Source: Auanema rhodensis (lineage: Eukaryota > Animalia > Nematoda). Taken from it: a stretch of DNA of 64,000 bases. Below, piece by piece: positions 48,542 through 64,000 of the stretch. Numbering within the stretch: position 1 is the first letter of the stretch; each line of letters begins with the position of its first letter. The notes beneath the pieces are model-generated. The model was not told the origin of the DNA. It ran no database searches and saw only the letters and a program-made list of their open reading frames with translations. Where the stretch lies: NCBI GenBank assembly GCA_964057225.1, contig OZ059894.1, positions 3,410,001 through 3,474,000 of the forward strand, in the 5' to 3' direction. A program made the position numbers and the translations under genes.

Positions 48542-51500
48542 TGGTTTGCGCGCTAACTAACATACAGGTCAGCAAAGGGAGTGGCACAATAACAGTTCAT
48601 TCGTCAGCGTAAGAATAACCATGCCACCCAAGACATCCGCCAAGGGAGCTGAAGAAACGGAGAGAAGAAGAAGAGAAATTCCTGAAAGTAAGTTTTTAAG
48701 TTTTTAATGTTTAAATAATTCAAATAATTTCGAGTTGAATCAAATGTGTTTATCTATATTTTAGTTATTATTATTTAAATAAACACAATTCTTATAGTAA
48801 AGCTTCTAACCAGAGTTGGGAGAATGGGGGCGTGGTTTGCGCGCTAACTAACATATAGGTCAGCAAAGGAAGTTGTACAATAACAGTTGATTCGTCAGCG
48901 TAGGAATAACCATGCCACCCAAGCCATCCGCCAAGGGAGCTGAAGACAAAGGAGAGAAGAAGAAGAGAAATTCCTGAAAGTAAGTTTTTAATGTTTAAAT
49001 AATTCAAATAATTTCAAGTTGAATCAAATGTCTTTATCTATATTTTAGTTATTATTATTTAAATATACACAATTCTTATAGTAAAGCTTCTAACCAGAGT
49101 TGGGAGAATGGGGGCGTGGTTTGCGTGCTAACTAACATATAGGTCAGCAAAGGGAATTGTACAATAACAGTTGATACGTCAGCGTAGGAATAACCATGCC
49201 ATCCAAGCCATCCGCCAAGGGAGCTGAAAAAGAGAAATTCCAGAAAGTAAGTTTATATCAATAGTTTTCATGTAAAACAGCCTTTTATGAGGAAATTTAA
49301 AGTTTTTAATGTTTAAATAATTCAAATAATTTCAAGTTGAATCAAATGTCTTTATCTATATTTTAGTATATTATTATTTAAATATACACAATTCTTATAG
49401 TAAAGCTTCTAACCAGAGTTGGGAGAATGGGGGCGTGGTTTTCGCACTAACTAACATATAGGTCAGCAAAGGGAGTTGTACAATAACAGTTGATTCGTCA
49501 GCGTAGGAATAACCATGCCACCCAAGCCATCCGCCAAGGGAGCTGAAGAGAAAGGAGAGAAGAAGAAGAGAAATTCCTGAAAGTAAGTTTTTAAGTTTTT
49601 AATGTTTAAATAATTCAAATAATTTCAAGTTGAATCAAATGTCTGTATCTATATTTTAGTTATTATTATTTAAATATACACAATTCTTATAGTAAAGCTT
49701 CTAACCAGAGTTGGGAGAATGGAAGCGTGGTTTGCGTGCTAACTAACATATAGGTCAGCAAAGGGAGTTGTACAATAACAGTTGATACGTCAGCGTAGGA
49801 ATAACCATGCCACCCAAGCCATCCGCCAAGGGAGCTGAAGAAGAGAAATTCCAGAAAGTAAGTTTATATCAATAGTTTTCATGTAAAACAGCCTTTTATG
49901 AGGAAATTTAAAGTTTTTAATTTTTAAATAATTCAAATAATTTCAAGTTGAATCAAATGTCTTTATGTATATTTTAGTATATTATTATTCAAGTATACAC
50001 AATTCTTATAGTAAAGCTTCTAACCAGAGTTGGGAGAATGGGGGCGTGGTTTGCGCGCTAACTATCATATAGGTCAGCAAAGGGAGTTGTACAATAACAG
50101 TTGATTCGTCAGCGTAGGAATAACCATGCCACCCAAGCCATCCGCCAAGGGAGCTGAAGAAGAGAAATTCCAGAAAGTAAGTTTATATCAATAGTTTTCA
50201 TGTAAAACAGCCTTTTATGAGGAAATTTAAAGTTTTTAATGTTTAAATAATTCAAATAATTTCAAGTTGAATCAAATGTCTTTATCTATATTTTAGTATA
50301 TTATTATTTAAATATACACAATTCTTATAGTAAAGCTTCTAACCAGAGTTGGGAGAATGGGGGCGTGGTTTTCGCACTAACTAACATATAGGTCAGCAAA
50401 GGGAGTTGTACAATAACAGTTGATTCGTCAGCGTAGGAATAACCATGCCACCCAAGCCATCCGCCAAGGGAGCTGAAGAGAAAGGAGAGAAGAAGAAGAG
50501 AAATTCCTGAAAGTAAGTTTTTAAGTTTTTAATGTTTAAATAATTCAAATAATTTCAAGTTGAATCAAATGTCTGTATCTATATTTTAGTTATTATTATT
50601 TAAATATACACAATTCTTATAGTAAAGCTTCTAACCAGAGTTGGGAGAATGGAAGCGTGGTTTGCGTGCTAACTAACATATAGGTCAGCAAAGGGAGTTG
50701 TACAATAACAGTTGATACGTCAGCGTAGGAATAACCATGCCACCCAAGCCATCCGCCAAGGGAGCTGAAGAAGAGAAATTCCAGAAAGTAAGTTTATATC
50801 AATAGTTTTCATGTAAAACAGCCTTTTATGAGGAAATTTAAAGTTTTTAATTTTTAAATAATTCAAATAATTTCAAGTTGAATCAAATGTCTTTATGTAT
50901 ATTTTAGTACATTATTATTCAAGTATACACAATTCTTATAGTAAAGCTTCTAACCAGAGTTGGGAGAATGGGGGCGTGGTTTGCGCGCTAACTAACGTAT
51001 AGGTCAGCAAAGGGAGTTGTACAATAACAGTTGATTCGTCAGCGTAGGAATAACCATGCCACCCAAGCCATCCGCCAAGGGAGCTGAAGAGAAAGGAGAG
51101 AAGAAGAAGAGAAATTTCTGAAAGTGAGTTTTCAAGTTTTTAATGTTTAAATAATTCAAATAATTTCAAGTTGAATCAAATGTCTTTATCTATATTTTAG
51201 TTATTATTATTCAAATATACACAATTCTTATAGTAAAGCTTCTAACCAGAGTTGGGAGAATGGGGGCGTGGTTTGCGCGCTAACTATCATATAGGTCAGC
51301 AAAGGGAGTTGTACAATAACAGTTGATTCGTCAGCGTAGGAATAACCATGCCACCCAAGCCATCCGCCAAGGGAGCTGAAAAAGAGAAATTCCAGAAAGT
51401 AAGTTTATATCAATAGTTTTCATGTAAAACAGCCTTTTATGAGGAAATTTAAAGTTTTTAATGTTTAAATAATTCAAATAATTTCAAGTTGAATCAAATG

Positions 51501-54500
51501 TCTTTATCTATATTTTAGTATATTATTATTTAAATATACACAATTCTTATAGTAAAGCTTCTAACCAGAGTTGGGAGAATGGGGGCGTGGTTTTCGCACT
51601 AACTAACATATAGGTCAGCAAAGGGAGTTGTACAATAACAGTTGATTCGTCAGCGTAGGAATAACCATGCCACCCAAGCCATCCGCCAAGGGAGCTGAAG
51701 AGAAAGGAGAGAAGAAGAAGAGAAATTCCTGAAAGTAAGTTTTTAAGTTTTTAATGTTTAAATAATTCAAATAATTTCAAGTTGAATCAAATGTCTGTAT
51801 CTATATTTTAGTTATTATTATTTAAATATACACAATTCTTATAGTAAAGCTTCTAACCAGAGTTGGGAGAATGGAAGCGTGGTTTGCGTGCTAACTAACA
51901 TATAGGTCAGCAAAGGGAGTTGTACAATAACAGTTGATACGTCAGCGTAGGAATAACCATGCCACCCAAGCCATCCGCCAAGGGAGCTGAAGAAGAGAAA
52001 TTCCAGAAAGTAAGTTTATATCAATAGTTTTCATGTAAAACAGCCTTTTATGAGGAAATTTAAAGTTTTTAATTTTTAAATAATTCAAATAATTTCAAGT
52101 TGAATCAAATGTCTTTATGTATATTTTAGTATATTATTATTCAAGTATACACAATTCTTATAGTAAAGCTTCTAACCAGAGTTGGGAGAATGGGGGCGTG
52201 GTTTGCGCGCTAACTATCATATAGGTCAGCAAAGGGAGTTGTACAATAACAGTTGATTCGTCAGCGTAGGAATAACCATGCCACCCAAGCCATCCGCCAA
52301 GGGAGCTGAAGAAGAGAAATTCCAGAAAGTAAGTTTATATCAATAGTTTTCATGTAAAACAGCCTTTTATGAGGAAATTTAAAGTTTTTAATGTTTAAAT
52401 AATTCAAATAATTTCAAGTTGAATCAAATGTCTTTATCTATATTTTAGTATATTATTATTTAAATATACACAATTCTTATAGTAAAGCTTCTAACCAGAG
52501 TTGGGAGAATGGGGGCGTGGTTTTCGCACTAACTAACATATAGGTCAGCAAAGGGAGTTGTACAATAACAGTTGATTCGTCAGCGTAGGAATAACCATGC
52601 CACCCAAGCCATCCGCCAAGGGAGCTGAAGAGAAAGGAGAGAAGAAGAAGAGAAATTCCTGAAAGTAAGTTTTTAAGTTTTTAATGTTTAAATAATTCAA
52701 ATAATTTCAAGTTGAATCAAATGTCTGTATCTATATTTTAGTTATTATTATTTAAATATACACAATTCTTATAGTAAAGCTTCTAACCAGAGTTGGGAGA
52801 ATGGAAGCGTGGTTTGCGTGCTAACTAACATATAGGTCAGCAAAGGGAGTTGTACAATAACAGTTGATACGTCAGCGTAGGAATAACCATGCCACCCAAG
52901 CCATCCGCCAAGGGAGCTGAAGAAGAGAAATTCCAGAAAGTAAGTTTATATCAATAGTTTTCATGTAAAACAGCCTTTTATGAGGAAATTTAAAGTTTTT
53001 AATTTTTAAATAATTCAAATAATTTCAAGTTGAATCAAATGTCTTTATGTATATTTTAGTATATTATTATTCAAGTATACACAATTCTTATAGTAAAGCT
53101 TCTAACCAGAGTTGGGAGAATGGGGGCGTGGTTTGCGCGCTAACTAACGTATAGGTCAGCAAAGGGAGTTGTACAATAACAGTTGATTCGTCAGCGTAGG
53201 AATAACCATGCCACCCAAGCCATCCGCCAAGGGAGCTGAAGAGAAAGGAGAGAAGAAGAAGAGAAATTCCTGAAAGTGAGTTTTCAAGTTTTTAATGTTT
53301 AAATAATTCAAATAATTTCAAGTTGAATCAAATGTCTTTATCTATATTTTAGTTATTATTATTCAAATATACACAATTCTTATAGTAAAGCTTCTAACCA
53401 GAGTTGGGAGAATGGGGGCGTGGTTTGCGCGCTAACTAACGTATAGGTCAGCAAAGGGAGTTGTACAATAACAGTTGATTCGTCAGCGTAGGAATAACCA
53501 TGCCACCCAAGCCATCCGCCAAGGGAGCTGAAGAGAAAGGAGAGAAGAAGAAGAGAAATTCCTGAAAGTGAGTTTTCAAGTTTTTAATGTTTAAATAATT
53601 CAAATAATTTCAAGTTGAATCAAATGTCTTTATCTATATTTTAGTATATTATTATTTAAATATACACAATTCTTATAGTAAAGCTTCTAACCAGAGTTGG
53701 GAGAATGGGGGCGTGGTTTTCGCACTAACTAACATATAGGTCAGCAAAGGGAGTTGTACAATAACAGTTGATTCGTCAGCGTAGGAATAACCATGCCACC
53801 CAAGCCATCCGCCAAGGGAGCTGAAGAGAAAGGAGAGAAGAAGAAGAGAAATTCCTGAAAGTAAGTTTTTAAGTTTTTAATGTTTAAATAATTCAAATAA
53901 TTTCAAGTTGAATCAAATGTCTGTATCTATATTTTAGTTATTATTATTTAAATATACACAATTCTTATAGTAAAGCTTCTAACCAGAGTTGGGAGAATGG
54001 AAGCGTGGTTTGCGTGCTAACTAACATATAGGTCAGCAAAGGGAGTTGTACAATAACAGTTGATACGTCAGCGTAGGAATAACCATGCCACCCAAGCCAT
54101 CCGCCAAGGGAGCTGAAGAAGAGAAATTCCAGAAAGTAAGTATATATCAATAGTTTTCATGTAAAACAGCCTTTTATGAGGAAATTTAAAGTTTTTAATT
54201 TTTAAATAATTCAAATAATTTCAAGTTGAATCAAATGTCTTTATGTATATTTTAGTATATTATTATTCAAGTATACACAATTCTTATAGTAAAGCTTCTA
54301 ACCAGAGTTGGGAGAATGGGGGCGTGGTTTGCGCGCTAACTATCATATAGGTCAGCAAAGGGAGTTGTACAATAACAGTTGATTCGTCAGCGTAGGAATA
54401 ACCATGCCACCCAAGCCATCCGCCAAGGGAGCTGAAGAAGAGAAATTCCAGAAAGTAAGTTTATATCAATAGTTTTCATGTAAAACAGCCTTTTATGAGG

Positions 54501-57500
54501 AAATTTAAAGTTTTTAATGTTTAAATAATTCAAATAATTTCAAGTTGAATCAAATGTCTTTATCTATATTTTAGTATATTATTATTTAAATATACACAAT
54601 TCTTATAGTAAAGCTTCTAACCAGAGTTGGGAGAATGGGGGCGTGGTTTTCGCACTAACTAACATATAGGTCAGCAAAGGGAGTTGTACAATAACAGTTG
54701 ATTCGTCAGCGTAGGAATAACCATGCCACCCAAGCCATCCGCCAAGGGAGCTGAAGAGAAAGGAGAGAAGAAGAAGAGAAATTCCTGAAAGTAAGTTTTT
54801 AAGTTTTTAATGTTTAAATAATTCAAATAATTTCAAGTTGAATCAAATGTCTGTATCTATATTTTAGTTATTATTATTTAAATATACACAATTCTTATAG
54901 TAAAGCTTCTAACCAGAGTTGGGAGAATGGAAGCGTGGTTTGCGTGCTAACTAACATATAGGTCAGCAAAGGGAGTTGTACAATAACAGTTGATACGTCA
55001 GCGTAGGAATAACCATGCCACCCAAGCCATCCGCCAAGGGAGCTGAAGAAGAGAAATTCCAGAAAGTAAGTTTATATCAATAGTTTTCATGTAAAACAGC
55101 CTTTTATGAGGAAATTTAAAGTTTTTAATTTTTAAATAATTCAAATAATTTCAAGTTGAATCAAATGTCTTTATGTATATTTTAGTATATTATTATTCAA
55201 GTATACACAATTCTTATAGTAAAGCTTCTAACCAGAGTTGGGAGAATGGGGGCGTGGTTTGCGCGCTAACTATCATATAGGTCAGCAAAGGGAGTTGTAC
55301 AATAACAGTTGATTCGTCAGCGTAGGAATAACCATGCCACCCAAGCCATCCGCCAAGGGAGCTGAAGAAGAGAAATTCCAGAAAGTAAGTTTATATCAAT
55401 AGTTTTCATGTAAAACAGCCTTTTATGAGGAAATTTAAAGTTTTTAATGTTTAAATAATTCAAATAATTTCAAGTTGAATCAAATGTCTTTATCTATATT
55501 TTAGTATATTATTATTTAAATATACACAATTCTTATAGTAAAGCTTCTAACCAGAGTTGGGAGAATGGGGGCGTGGTTTTCGCACTAACTAACATATAGG
55601 TCAGCAAAGGGAGTTGTACAATAACAGTTGATTCGTCAGCGTAGGAATAACCATGCCACCCAAGCCATCCGCCAAGGGAGCTGAAGAGAAAGGAGAGAAG
55701 AAGAAGAGAAATTCCTGAAAGTAAGTTTTTAAGTTTTTAATGTTTAAATAATTCAAATAATTTCAAGTTGAATCAAATGTCTGTATCTATATTTTAGTTA
55801 TTATTATTTAAATATACACAATTCTTATAGTAAAGCTTCTAACCAGAGTTGGGAGAATGGAAGCGTGGTTTGCGTGCTAACTAACATATAGGTCAGCAAA
55901 GGGAGTTGTACAATAACAGTTGATACGTCAGCGTAGGAATAACCATGCCACCCAAGCCATCCGCCAAGGGAGCTGAAGAAGAGAAATTCCAGAAAGTAAG
56001 TTTATATCAATAGTTTTCATGTAAAACAGCCTTTTATGAGGAAATTTAAAGTTTTTAATGTTTAAATAATTCAAATAATTTCAAGTTGAATCAAATGTCT
56101 TTATCTATATTTTAGTATATTATTATTTAAATATACACAATTCTTATAGTAAAGCTTCTAACCAGAGTTGGGAGAATGGGGGCGTGGTTTTCGCACTAAC
56201 TAACATATAGGTCAGCAAAGGGAGTTGTACAATAACAGTTGATTCGTCAGCGTAGGAATAACCATGCCACCCAAGCCATCCGCCAAGGGAGCTGAAGAGA
56301 AAGGAGAGAAGAAGAAGAGAAATTCCTGAAAGTAAGTTTTTAAGTTTTTAATGTTTAAATAATTCAAATAATTTCAAGTTGAATCAAATGTCTGTATCTA
56401 TATTTTAGTTATTATTATTTAAATATACACAATTCTTATAGTAAAGCTTCTAACCAGAGTTGGGAGAATGGAAGCGTGGTTTGCGTGCTAACTAACATAT
56501 AGGTCAGCAAAGGGAGTTGTACAATAACAGTTGATACGTCAGCGTAGGAATAACCATGCCACCCAAGCCATCCGCCAAGGGAGCTGAAGAAGAGAAATTC
56601 CAGAAAGTAAGTTTATATCAATAGTTTTCATGTAAAACAGCCTTTTATGAGGAAATTTAAAGTTTTTAATTTTTAAATAATTCAAATAATTTCAAGTTGA
56701 ATCAAATGTCTTTATGTATATTTTAGTATATTATTATTCAAGTATACACAATTCTTATAGTAAAGCTTCTAACCAGAGTTGGGAGAATGGGGGCGTGGTT
56801 TGCGCGCTAACTAACGTATAGGTCAGCAAAGGGAGTTGTACAATAACAGTTGATTCGTCAGCGTAGGAATAACCATGCCACCCAAGCCATCCGCCAAGGG
56901 AGCTGAAGAGAAAGGAGAGAAGAAGAAGAGAAATTCCTGAAAGTGAGTTTTCAAGTTTTTAATGTTTAAATAATTCAAATAATTTCAAGTTGAATCAAAT
57001 GTCTTTATCTATATTTTAGTTATTATTATTCAAATATACACAATTCTTATAGTAAAGCTTCTAACCAGAGTTGGGAGAATGGGGGCGTGGTTTGCGCGCT
57101 AACTATCATTTAGGTCAGCAAAGGGAGTTGTACAATAACAGTTGATTCGTCAGCGTAGGAATAACCATGCCACCCAAGCCATCCGCCAAGGGAGCTGAAG
57201 AGAAAGGAGAGAAGAAGAAGAGAAATTCCTGAAAGTGAGTTTTCAAGTTTTTAATGTTTAAATAATTCAAATAATTTCAAATTGAATCAAATGTCTTTAT
57301 CTATATTTTAGTTATTATTATTCAAATATACACAATTCTTATAGTAAAGCTTCTAACCAGAGTTGGGAGAATGGGGGCGTGGTTTGCGCGCTAACTATCA
57401 TATAGGTCAGCAAAGGGAGTTGTACAATAACAGTTGATTCGTCAGCGTAGGAATAACCATGCCACCCAAGCCATCCGCCAAGGGAGCTGAAGAAGAGAAA

Positions 57501-58969
57501 TTCCAGAAAGTAAGTTTATATCAATAGTTTTCATGTAAAACAGCCTTTTATGAGGAAATTTAAAGTTTTTAATGTTTAAATAATTCAAATAATTTCAAGT
57601 TGAATCAAATGTCTTTATCTATATTTTAGTATATTATTATTTAAATATACACAATTCTTATAGTAAAGCTTCTAACCAGAGTTGGGAGAATGGGGGCGTG
57701 GTTTTCGCACTAACTAACATATAGGTCAGCAAAGGGAGTTGTACAATAACAGTTGATTCGTCAGCGTAGGAATAACCATGCCACCCAAGCCATCCGCCAA
57801 GGGAGCTGAAGAGAAAGGAGAGAAGAAGAAGAGAAATTCCTGAAAGTAAGTTTTTAAGTTTTTAATGTTTAAATAATTCAAATAATTTCAAGTTGAATCA
57901 AATGTCTGTATCTATATTTTAGTTATTATTATTTAAATATACACAATTCTTATAGTAAAGCTTCTAACCAGAGTTGGGAGAATGGAAGCGTGGTTTGCGT
58001 GCTAACTAACATATAGGTCAGCAAAGGGAGTTGTACAATAACAGTTGATTCGTCAGCGTAGGAATAACCATGCCACCCAAGCCATCCGCCAAGGGAGCTG
58101 AAGAAGAGAAATTCCAGAAAGTAAGTTTATATCAATAGTTTTCATGTAAAACAGCCTTTTATGAGGAAATTTAAAGTTTTTAACTTTTAAATAATTCAAA
58201 TAATTTCAAGTTGAATCAAATGTCTTTATGTATATTTTAGTATATTATTATTCAAGTATACACAATTCTTATAGTAAAGCTTCTAACCAGAGTTGGGAGA
58301 ATGGGGGCGTGGTTTGCGCGCTAACTAACGTATAGGTCAGCAAAGGGAGTTGTACAATAACAGTTGATTCGTCAGCGTAGGAATAACCATGCCACCCAAG
58401 CCATCCGCCAAGGGAGCTGAAGAGAAAGGAGAGAAGAAGAAGAGAAATTCCTGAAAGTGAGTTTTCAAGTTTTTAATGTTTAAATAATTCAAATAATTTC
58501 AAGTTGAATCAAATGTCTTTATCTATATTTTAGTTATTATTATTCAAATATACACAATTCTTATAGTAAAGCTTCTAACCAGAGTTGGGAGAATGGGGGC
58601 GTGGTTTGCGCGCTAACTATCATATAGGTCAGCAAAGGGAGTTGTACAATAACAGTTGATTCGTCAGCGTAGGAATAACCATGCCACCCAAGCCATCCGC
58701 CAAGGGAGCTGAAGAAAAGGAGAGAAGAAGAAGAGAAATTCCTGAAAGTAAGTTTTTAAGTTTTTAATGTTTAAATAATTCAAATAATTTCAAGTTGATT
58801 CAAATGTCTTTATCTATATCTTAGTTATTATTATTTAAATATACATAATTTTTGTAGTAAAGCTTCTAACCAGAGTTGGGAGAATGGGTAAGGATAAGCT
58901 TCTAACCAGAGTTGGGAGAATGGGTAAGGATAAGCTTCTAACCAGAGTTGGGAGAATGGGGGAGTGGTT
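48542..58969 (+). repeat. Expanded H2B-5'-derived satellite, about 34 monomers, ending in the 36-bp repeat at 58860-58960
   Basis: MPPKP/TSAKGA-coding motif repeated from 48621 to 58681 at mostly 292/319-bp spacing. Confidence 0.93.
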
Positions 58970-61900
58970 TCGAATGCACTATACCACATTAAGAAACGCT
59001 CAATACAAGACTTAGTTATGATCGTTTGAAAAATGATGCATTACTGTATGTTGAGTTTCAATGTACACTCAACATTGCTTCCAAAAACATTTTGACAAAA
59101 ATTTTCCCGGAAAATTTCAAAATAATTTCACGAAAAGTAGATGTTTTTAGATTTCTTTTCTCGAGGCGAAGATGATGGACAATGTTATTCAGCGAAAAAA
59201 TAAACTCTTCAGGGTGAAAATCGAGGATATAAGTGTGAACCTATATCAGTTGATATCTCGGTGCATTTTTAAGCTAGCGCAAATCTGATAACACAGATCG
59301 ACGCAGCTTGAAAATCCGCATCGAATGCACTATACTACATTGAAAAACGCTTAATACAAAAATTAGTTATGATCGTTTGAAAAATGATGCATTAGTGTAT
59401 GTTGAGTTTCCATGTACACTCAACATTGCTTCCAAAAACATTTTGACAAAAATTTTTTCGAAAAATTTCGAAATAATTTAGCAAAAAGTAGATGTTTTTA
59501 GATTCCTTTTTTCAAGGCAAAGACGATGGACAATGTTATTCAACGAAAAAATTAATTCTTCAGGGTGAAAATCGAGGATATAAGTGTGAACCTATATCAG
59601 TTGATATCTCGGTGCATTCTTAAGCTAGCGCAAATCTGATAACACAGATCGACGCAGCTCAAACATCCACATCGAAAGCACTATACTTCATTAAGAAATG
59701 CTCAATACAAAAATTAGTTATGATCGTTTGGAAAATGATGCATTACTGTATATTGAGTTTCAATGTACACTCAACATTGCTTTCAAAAACATTTTGACAA
59801 AAATTTTCCCGAAAAATTTCTAAATAATTTCACGAAAAGTAGATGTTTTTAGATTCCTTTTTTCAAGGCAAAGACGATGGACAATGTTATTCAACGAAAA
59901 AATTAATTCTTCAGGGTGAAAATCGAGGATATAAGTGTGAACTTATATCAGTTGATATCTCGGTGCATTTTTAAGCTAGCGCAAATCTGATAACACAGAT
60001 CGACGCAGCTTGAAAATCCGCATCGAATGCACTATACTACATTGAAAAACGCTTAATACAAAAATTAGTTATGATCGTTTGAAAAATGATGCATTAGTGT
60101 ATGTTGAGTTTCCATGTACACTCAACATTGCTTCCAAAAACATTTTGACAAAAATTTTTTCGAAAAATTTCGAAATAATTTAGCAAAAAGTAGATGTTTT
60201 TAGATTCCTTTTTTCAAGGCAAAGACGATGGACAATGTTATTCAACGAAAAAATTAATTCTTCAGGGTGAAAATCGAGGATATAAGTGTGAACCGATATC
60301 AGTTGATATCTCGGTGCATTCTAAAGCTAGCGCAATTTTGATAACACAGATCGACGCAGCTCAAAAATCCGCATTGAATGCACTATACTACATTGAGAAA
60401 CGCTTAATACAAAAATTAGTTATGATCGTTTGAAAAATGATGCATTACTGTATGTTGAGTTTCAATGTACACTCAACATTGCTTTCAAAAACATTTTGAC
60501 AAAAATTTTCCCGAAAAATTTCGAAATAATTTCACGAAAAGTAGATGTTTTTAGATTCCTTTTTTCAAGGCAAAGACGATGGACAATGTTATTCAACGAA
60601 AAAATTAATTCTTCAGGGTGAAAATCGAGGATATAAGTGTGAATTTATATCAGTTGATATCTCGGTGCATTTTTAAGCTAGCGCAAATCTGATAACACAG
60701 ATCGACGCAGCTTGAAAATCCGCATCGAATGCACTATACTACATTGAGAAACGGTTAATACAAAAATTAGTTATGATCGTTTGAAAAATGATGCATTACT
60801 GTATGTTGAGTTTCAATGTACACTCAACATTGCTTTCAAAAACATTTTGACAAAAATTTTCCCGAAAAATTTCGAAATAATTTCACGAAAAGTAGATGTT
60901 TTTAGATTCCTTTTTTCAAGGCGAAGACGATGGACAATGTTATTCAGCGAAAAAATTAACTCTTCAGGGTGAAAATCGAGGATATAAGTGTGAACCGATA
61001 TCAGTTGATATCTCGGTGCATTTTTAAGCTAGCGCAAATATGGTAACATAGATCGACGCAGCTTAAAAATCCGCATCGAATGCACTATACTACATTGAGA
61101 AAAGCTTTATACAAAAATTAGTTATGATCGTTTGAAAAATGATGCATTACTGTATGTTGAGTTTCCATGTACACTCAACATTGCTTCCAAAAACATTTTG
61201 ACAAAAATTTTCCCGGAAAATTTCAAAATAATTTCACGAAAAGTAGATGTTTTTAGATTTCTTTTTTCGAGGCGAAGATGATGGACAATGTTATTCAGCG
61301 AAAAAATTAGTTCTTCAGGGTGAAAATCGAGGATATAAGTGTGAACTTATATCAGTTGATATCTCGGTGCATTTTTAAGCTAGCGCAAATCTGATAACAC
61401 AGATCGACGCAGCTTAAAAATCCGCATCGAATGCACTATACTACATTGAGAAACGCTTAATATAAAAATTAGTTATGATCGTTTGAAAAATGATGCATTA
61501 GTGTATGTTGAGTTTCCATGTACACTCAACATTGCTTCCAAAAACATTTTGACAAAAATTTTTTTCGAAAAATTTCAAATTAGTTTAGCAAAAAGTAGAT
61601 GTTTTTAGATTCCTTTTTTCAAGGCAAAAACGATGGACAATGTTATTCAACGAAAAAAGTAAATCTTCAGGGTGAAAATCGAGGATACAAGTGTGAACAT
61701 ATATCAGTTGATTTCTCGGTGCATTTTTAAGCTAGCGCAAATCTGATAATACAGATCGACGCAGCTTAAAAATCCGCATTGAATGCACTATACTACATTG
61801 AGAAAAGCTTAATACAAAAATTAGTTATGATCGTTTGAAAAATGATGCATTACTGTATGTTGAGTTTCCATGTACACTCAACATTGCTTCCAAAAACATT

Positions 61901-62135
61901 TTGACAAAAATTTTCCCGAAAAATTTCTGGATAATTTCACAAAAAGTAGATGTTTTTAGATTCCTTTTTTCAAGGCGAAGACGACGGACAATGTTATTCA
62001 ACGTAAAAATTAGTTTTTTAGGGTGAAAATCGAGGATATAGGTGTGAACTTATATCAGTTGATATCTTGTTGCATTTTTAAGCTACCGCAAATCTGATAA
62101 CACAGATCGACGCAGCTTAAAAATCCGCATCGAAT
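58970..62135. repeat. Sat351 array, about 9 monomers
   Basis: Tandem monomers. Confidence 0.97.
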
Positions 62136-62339
62136 AAGGAAAACCTTGACAAGGAAAACCTTGAGAACTCCACGAGTATTTTCATAGATGAGTCGAGAGA
62201 TACGCTTTACTCCACCACGACGAGCAAGACGACGGATAGCAGGCTTGTTTATACCTTGGATGTTATCACGGAGAACCTTACGATGGCGTTTGGCTTCTCC
62301 CTTTCCAAGACCTTTTCCTCCTTTAACACGTCCAGACAT
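62055..62339 (-). pseudogene. H4: Truncated histone H4 fused to Sat351 (15-bp duplication present)
   Basis: Same translation as 6909-7193. Confidence 0.93.
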
Positions 62340-62775
62340 GCTGATCGAGCTGTGTGTTGAATAGTAACCCTAGCATTTACCTTATATACTAGTGCTGTAG
62401 AGGTCACCGCGCAAAAACCCATTGTAATCGCCACCAAGCATATTGGCGCTTAATTTTGCTGCTCAATTCTAAAAATGTATTTTTAAATTTCATATAAACG
62501 ATAAGAATAACATAAACAACTGTTTATTTGCGAACAAACGTAGAATAGAAGCATGTGAGGCATTAGATATGATAACTGTTGTTGTTATCAACATGAAAGC
62601 ATAATTAATGAAATTCATAAAAAAAAATGAAGATGGATATGGAATATCAAAGACAGGGATTCTCCTTTACATAACAACAAAACATATCATATCAATTAAC
62701 ATTACATAGCAAAAAAAGACAAGACAGACACAGTATTATATTATAAATCATTATGAATACATCAAATTTAAGTGT

Positions 62776-62791
62776 GGCCCTGAAGAGGGCC
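62776..62791 (-). terminator. Histone 3' stem-loop
   Basis: GGCCCT-CTTC-AGGGCC. Confidence 0.95.
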
Positions 62792-62817
62792 GTTGGGTTA
62801 TGTAACGTTTCAAGTGC

Positions 62818-63321
<504 letters not shown>

Positions 63322-63704
63322 TCACTATTTTGGTATTTTGACTATAAATATATTAAATCGGATCATAGCTACATAAATAAAGTGTTACAGTAATAAGGAC
63401 AAAAACTTAGTAACTGTGCGTTGATTGGAATGTAATAGTAAATTGTATTAAAACATTCACTGTTCCATTTAAAAAATAATTGTCTTCACGTATTATATAG
63501 TAAAATTTTTAATTAGAATACACTTGACCAATTATGGATATTTCAACATCATTATAGCAAACATCTTAAAATTAACTAAATGCACCACTTGACAAGAGTT
63601 ACTCATCTCATAAGAATTACATCAATATTAAGAAGCTCAAAAAAACTAACTATAACAACAACCGATCAACTGCCATCTGTTTCAAAAATGAAATATCAAT
63701 CAAA

Positions 63705-64000
63705 ATTATTGAACACGCCAGTTTGTTATTATATTTATTTTTATATTATTTTATATTATATTTGTTTATAAATATTAGGTCCTGCATGGAAATTCCTTTT
63801 GTTCACTAAAAAACACGGTACGCAATTCGGGCAACACATTGTCTGGAATAATGTTGAAGCTCCAGTTAATTTATGCAATTAAGTTATTTTGTTAAAAGTT
63901 AGCTTTACTTTCGTAATTCATTATTGAACACGCCAGTTTGTTATTATATTTATTTTTATATTATTTTATATTATATTTGTTTATAAGTATTAGGTCCTGC
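63705..64000. repeat. 133-bp direct duplication, second copy cut by the window end
   Basis: Copy of 8559 onward. Confidence 0.85.

Overview
Eukaryotic, AT-rich, satellite-dominated DNA, most likely from a nematode. The taxon is inferred from the H2B start MPPKPSAKGA, the histone stem-loop GGCCCT-CTTC-AGGGCC with C at loop position 1, and H3 A96. The window is a 351/352-bp tandem satellite interrupted nine times, always at the same satellite position, by one histone-derived cassette. The long cassette form (4 copies, the last cut by the window end) carries a 3'-truncated, mutated H4 with its promoter, an intact replication-type H3 with stem-loop and promoter, and a 133-bp duplication. In the three complete copies this is followed by a second satellite of 292/319-bp monomers, each holding a histone-like promoter, the first 10 codons of H2B and a GTRAGT donor-like site (9, 11 and about 34 copies). 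These three copies are bounded on both sides by the satellite hexamer TCGAAT, like a target-site duplication. The short form (5 copies) is deleted from H3 codon 36 outward, and the satellite supplies an in-frame ATG, giving a tail-less H3 ORF (MHHFP+K36-A135) that keeps its stem-loop. Cassette plus satellite has been amplified as multi-kb higher-order repeats, and marker combinations indicate recombination between copies. All other ORFs in the track are chance ORFs from satellite, spacer or antisense frames. Coordinates and copy counts were read by eye.
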